A program made the translations under genes and the position numbers. This document shows positions 61,906 to 64,000 of a stretch of 64,000 nt of DNA, in pieces. The notes beneath the pieces are model-generated. The model saw only the letters and a list, made by a program, of their open reading frames with translations. It had not been told where the DNA came from and searched no databases. Location of the stretch: contig OZ024740.1 in assembly GCA_964016885.1 (NCBI GenBank), positions 201,934,001-201,998,000 on the forward strand. Reading direction: 5' to 3'. Position 1 is the stretch's first letter. Each line of letters opens with the position of its first letter. This stretch comes from Eledone cirrhosa. Its lineage: Eukaryota.

Positions 61906-63069
61906 TCTATATATAAATTTGAGCGACTTCCGTTCATCACACAATGTGTGTGTTTGTGGGAATGTATGTGTGTGTAAAAGGAAGGAAAGGGATGGTGGAA
62001 AAACTATAGCAAAACAGCAACTGGCATTTCATTTGCTATCCTGTGTGTATGTTTGTGTGGATGTATGTCTGAGTGTGTATTTTTGTAAGTGTGTCTGTGT
62101 TTGCACGTTTATATTTATATACTCATACATATGAATGTATGCATATGCACATACACACACATAGACATACATATACACATACACATCAGTGTGTTGAAAA
62201 AATTCTAGTTTTATAAACTCCAAAAGGATGAAAGATAGTTGACTATGGCAGGATTTGAATTCATAGTAGTGAGAGCTGAAACAAATCCTGTAAATTATTT
62301 TGTCCTGCACTCGAAATAACTCTGCTAATTCACTGACTGCCAATATTTTGTTAGTGTTTGTAATGATTTGTGTAAAAAATATCCTTGTTAGTCTGTGATA
62401 TATTATATCAAATATACATTCCTGTTGTAATGATAAGAAGCAATAACAGAACTTTACACAATTTTGAAAGATTGAAATTTATATACAAGGTGATCCTCAC
62501 CAGTAATTTTGGTGTGTTGGTGTGTGTTTTGCCAGGAGGGTTGGGACATAGTTTAGAAGGTCGAGTGTGATTTTTAGTTTCCTTGTGCAGTATGGATCAG
62601 GGGTCAGGTGAGTGAGGTCATATGTAAGTTTATAGGATATGATTGCTTGAATACATGGATAGCTTTGGTTTGTTCTAGATGTACTTACATTTAAGTTTAG
62701 GCAATCAATGGTCTTTATTATGTATATGTCCGTCATACTTTGATACCATGTGGACTGAGTTCTCCGTTGATAGGCCACTGTTATTGCATTTAATTGTGTT
62801 TGGAGAGAACTTTGGATTGGGGTTGATTTGTTTATGTTAAGTTTATGCCACTGATGGCCTTAATTGCACACACACACACACACACAATACAGGATGGTTT
62901 TCCAAAGGGGTTCAGGAAGAAAGCATAATTAAATAAGGTACTCAATACATTAGTAGAGACAGTGCATATTTATTTTATATAGGAAAGACTACCACATTGC
63001 TAGAGCTGTTTCATATGAAATAATCAGGACATTCCCAATGATTTCGTACAAATGAAACAGTTCTAGTCA

Positions 63070-63235
63070 TGTAGTCAGAGTGGTAGTTCTGCTTGCATGG
63101 GTCCACCAATTATCAGTGAACCATGCAACATGTCCAGCCCATCTGAGTTTGTTCAGACGGTACTCAACGATAATGTCCTTCAATCTGGTTCTTTCCCTGA
63201 TCTGCTTGTTTCGGATGTGATCACATCCGAAATTG
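63070..63235 (-). mobile_element. RTE/BovB-like LINE C-terminal fragment
   Basis: DHIRNKQIRERTRLKDII...KLRWAGHVA..TDNWWT in ORF 63067..63288. Confidence 0.75.
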
Positions 63236-63266
63236 ATAATTATATATTTATATCCAGTGTGAGAAT

Positions 63267-63301
<35 letters not shown>

Positions 63302-64000
63302 CCACCTGTACCCCATAATATTATGTTGCTCTTTTTATTTTACTGTTTAGTCAGGCAGAGAAGGGCAGTGCTCATGACCTTTAACAAAGCCTCTAAGACT
63401 GCTGGGTGAGAGAGAGAGGGAGCGGGGGGAAGTATTCTCAAACTCAAGACCTAATCTGGATGCTTGCAACAGAGTGAACTCTGCTAAAGTCACCCAATTT
63501 CCAGGTGGTAGTATTAAATCAGGTAACAGATTAAGTCTGTCACTGTGTAACATAACATCTATATAGAAACCACTATGTGTATCAGGTGACAGATTGTTTA
63601 CCACTGCCTTACATAATATAATACACTATGTGTATTAATGATGTATATGATATATTGTATTGTTGAACCTCCATCAATTCTGACAAGAGTTCCAGATGAT
63701 TGATCAACAGAACTGCCTAGTCTTGAAATGAATGTATAAGTGGTTGAGCATTCTACAGACATATACACCCTTAATATAGTTCTCAGGGAGATTCAGCATT
63801 ATAGCATGTGTCAAGGCTGACCCTCTGAATTACTGGTGCAACTAATTTTTTCCAACTGTGTGGACTGAAGTAACATGAAATAAAGTGTCTTGCTCAAGGA
63901 CACAACATGTAGCCAGGAATCAAACTAATGACCTTACAATTGAGCTGAGCACCCTAACCACTAAACCATGTGCCTTATACAACACAGTGAAATTATATTC

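Overview
AT-rich, repeat-dense eukaryotic DNA. The (AT)n/(AC)n microsatellites and SINE families suggest an octopus or related cephalopod; this is an inference. One host gene spans almost the whole window on the + strand: an SLC37A1/A2-family MFS sugar-phosphate/phosphate exchanger. I joined 15 coding exons by hand (1575-57752, 1344 nt, 448 codons, all GT-AG, phases consistent); the terminal exon was not found. The introns hold many mobile elements: a near full-length CR1-type LINE (PHD-finger ORF1, APE+RT ORF2, GGGAAAC-TAA slippery site at the junction), a Buster/Charlie hAT carrying a solo LTR, a mariner remnant, piggyBac- and hAT-type MITEs, many tRNA-headed SINEs, RTE/Tx1/CRE fragments, and an LTR with a tRNA-Trp primer site. 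Intron 11 has a four-level nest (CR1 tail < Chapaev3 < hAT < foldback element with ~600-bp arms). Other notable signals are minimal hammerhead-ribozyme motifs in Penelope-like inverted repeats and a 5S rRNA half fused to a SINE tail. No database searches were run; family names rest on recalled motifs.
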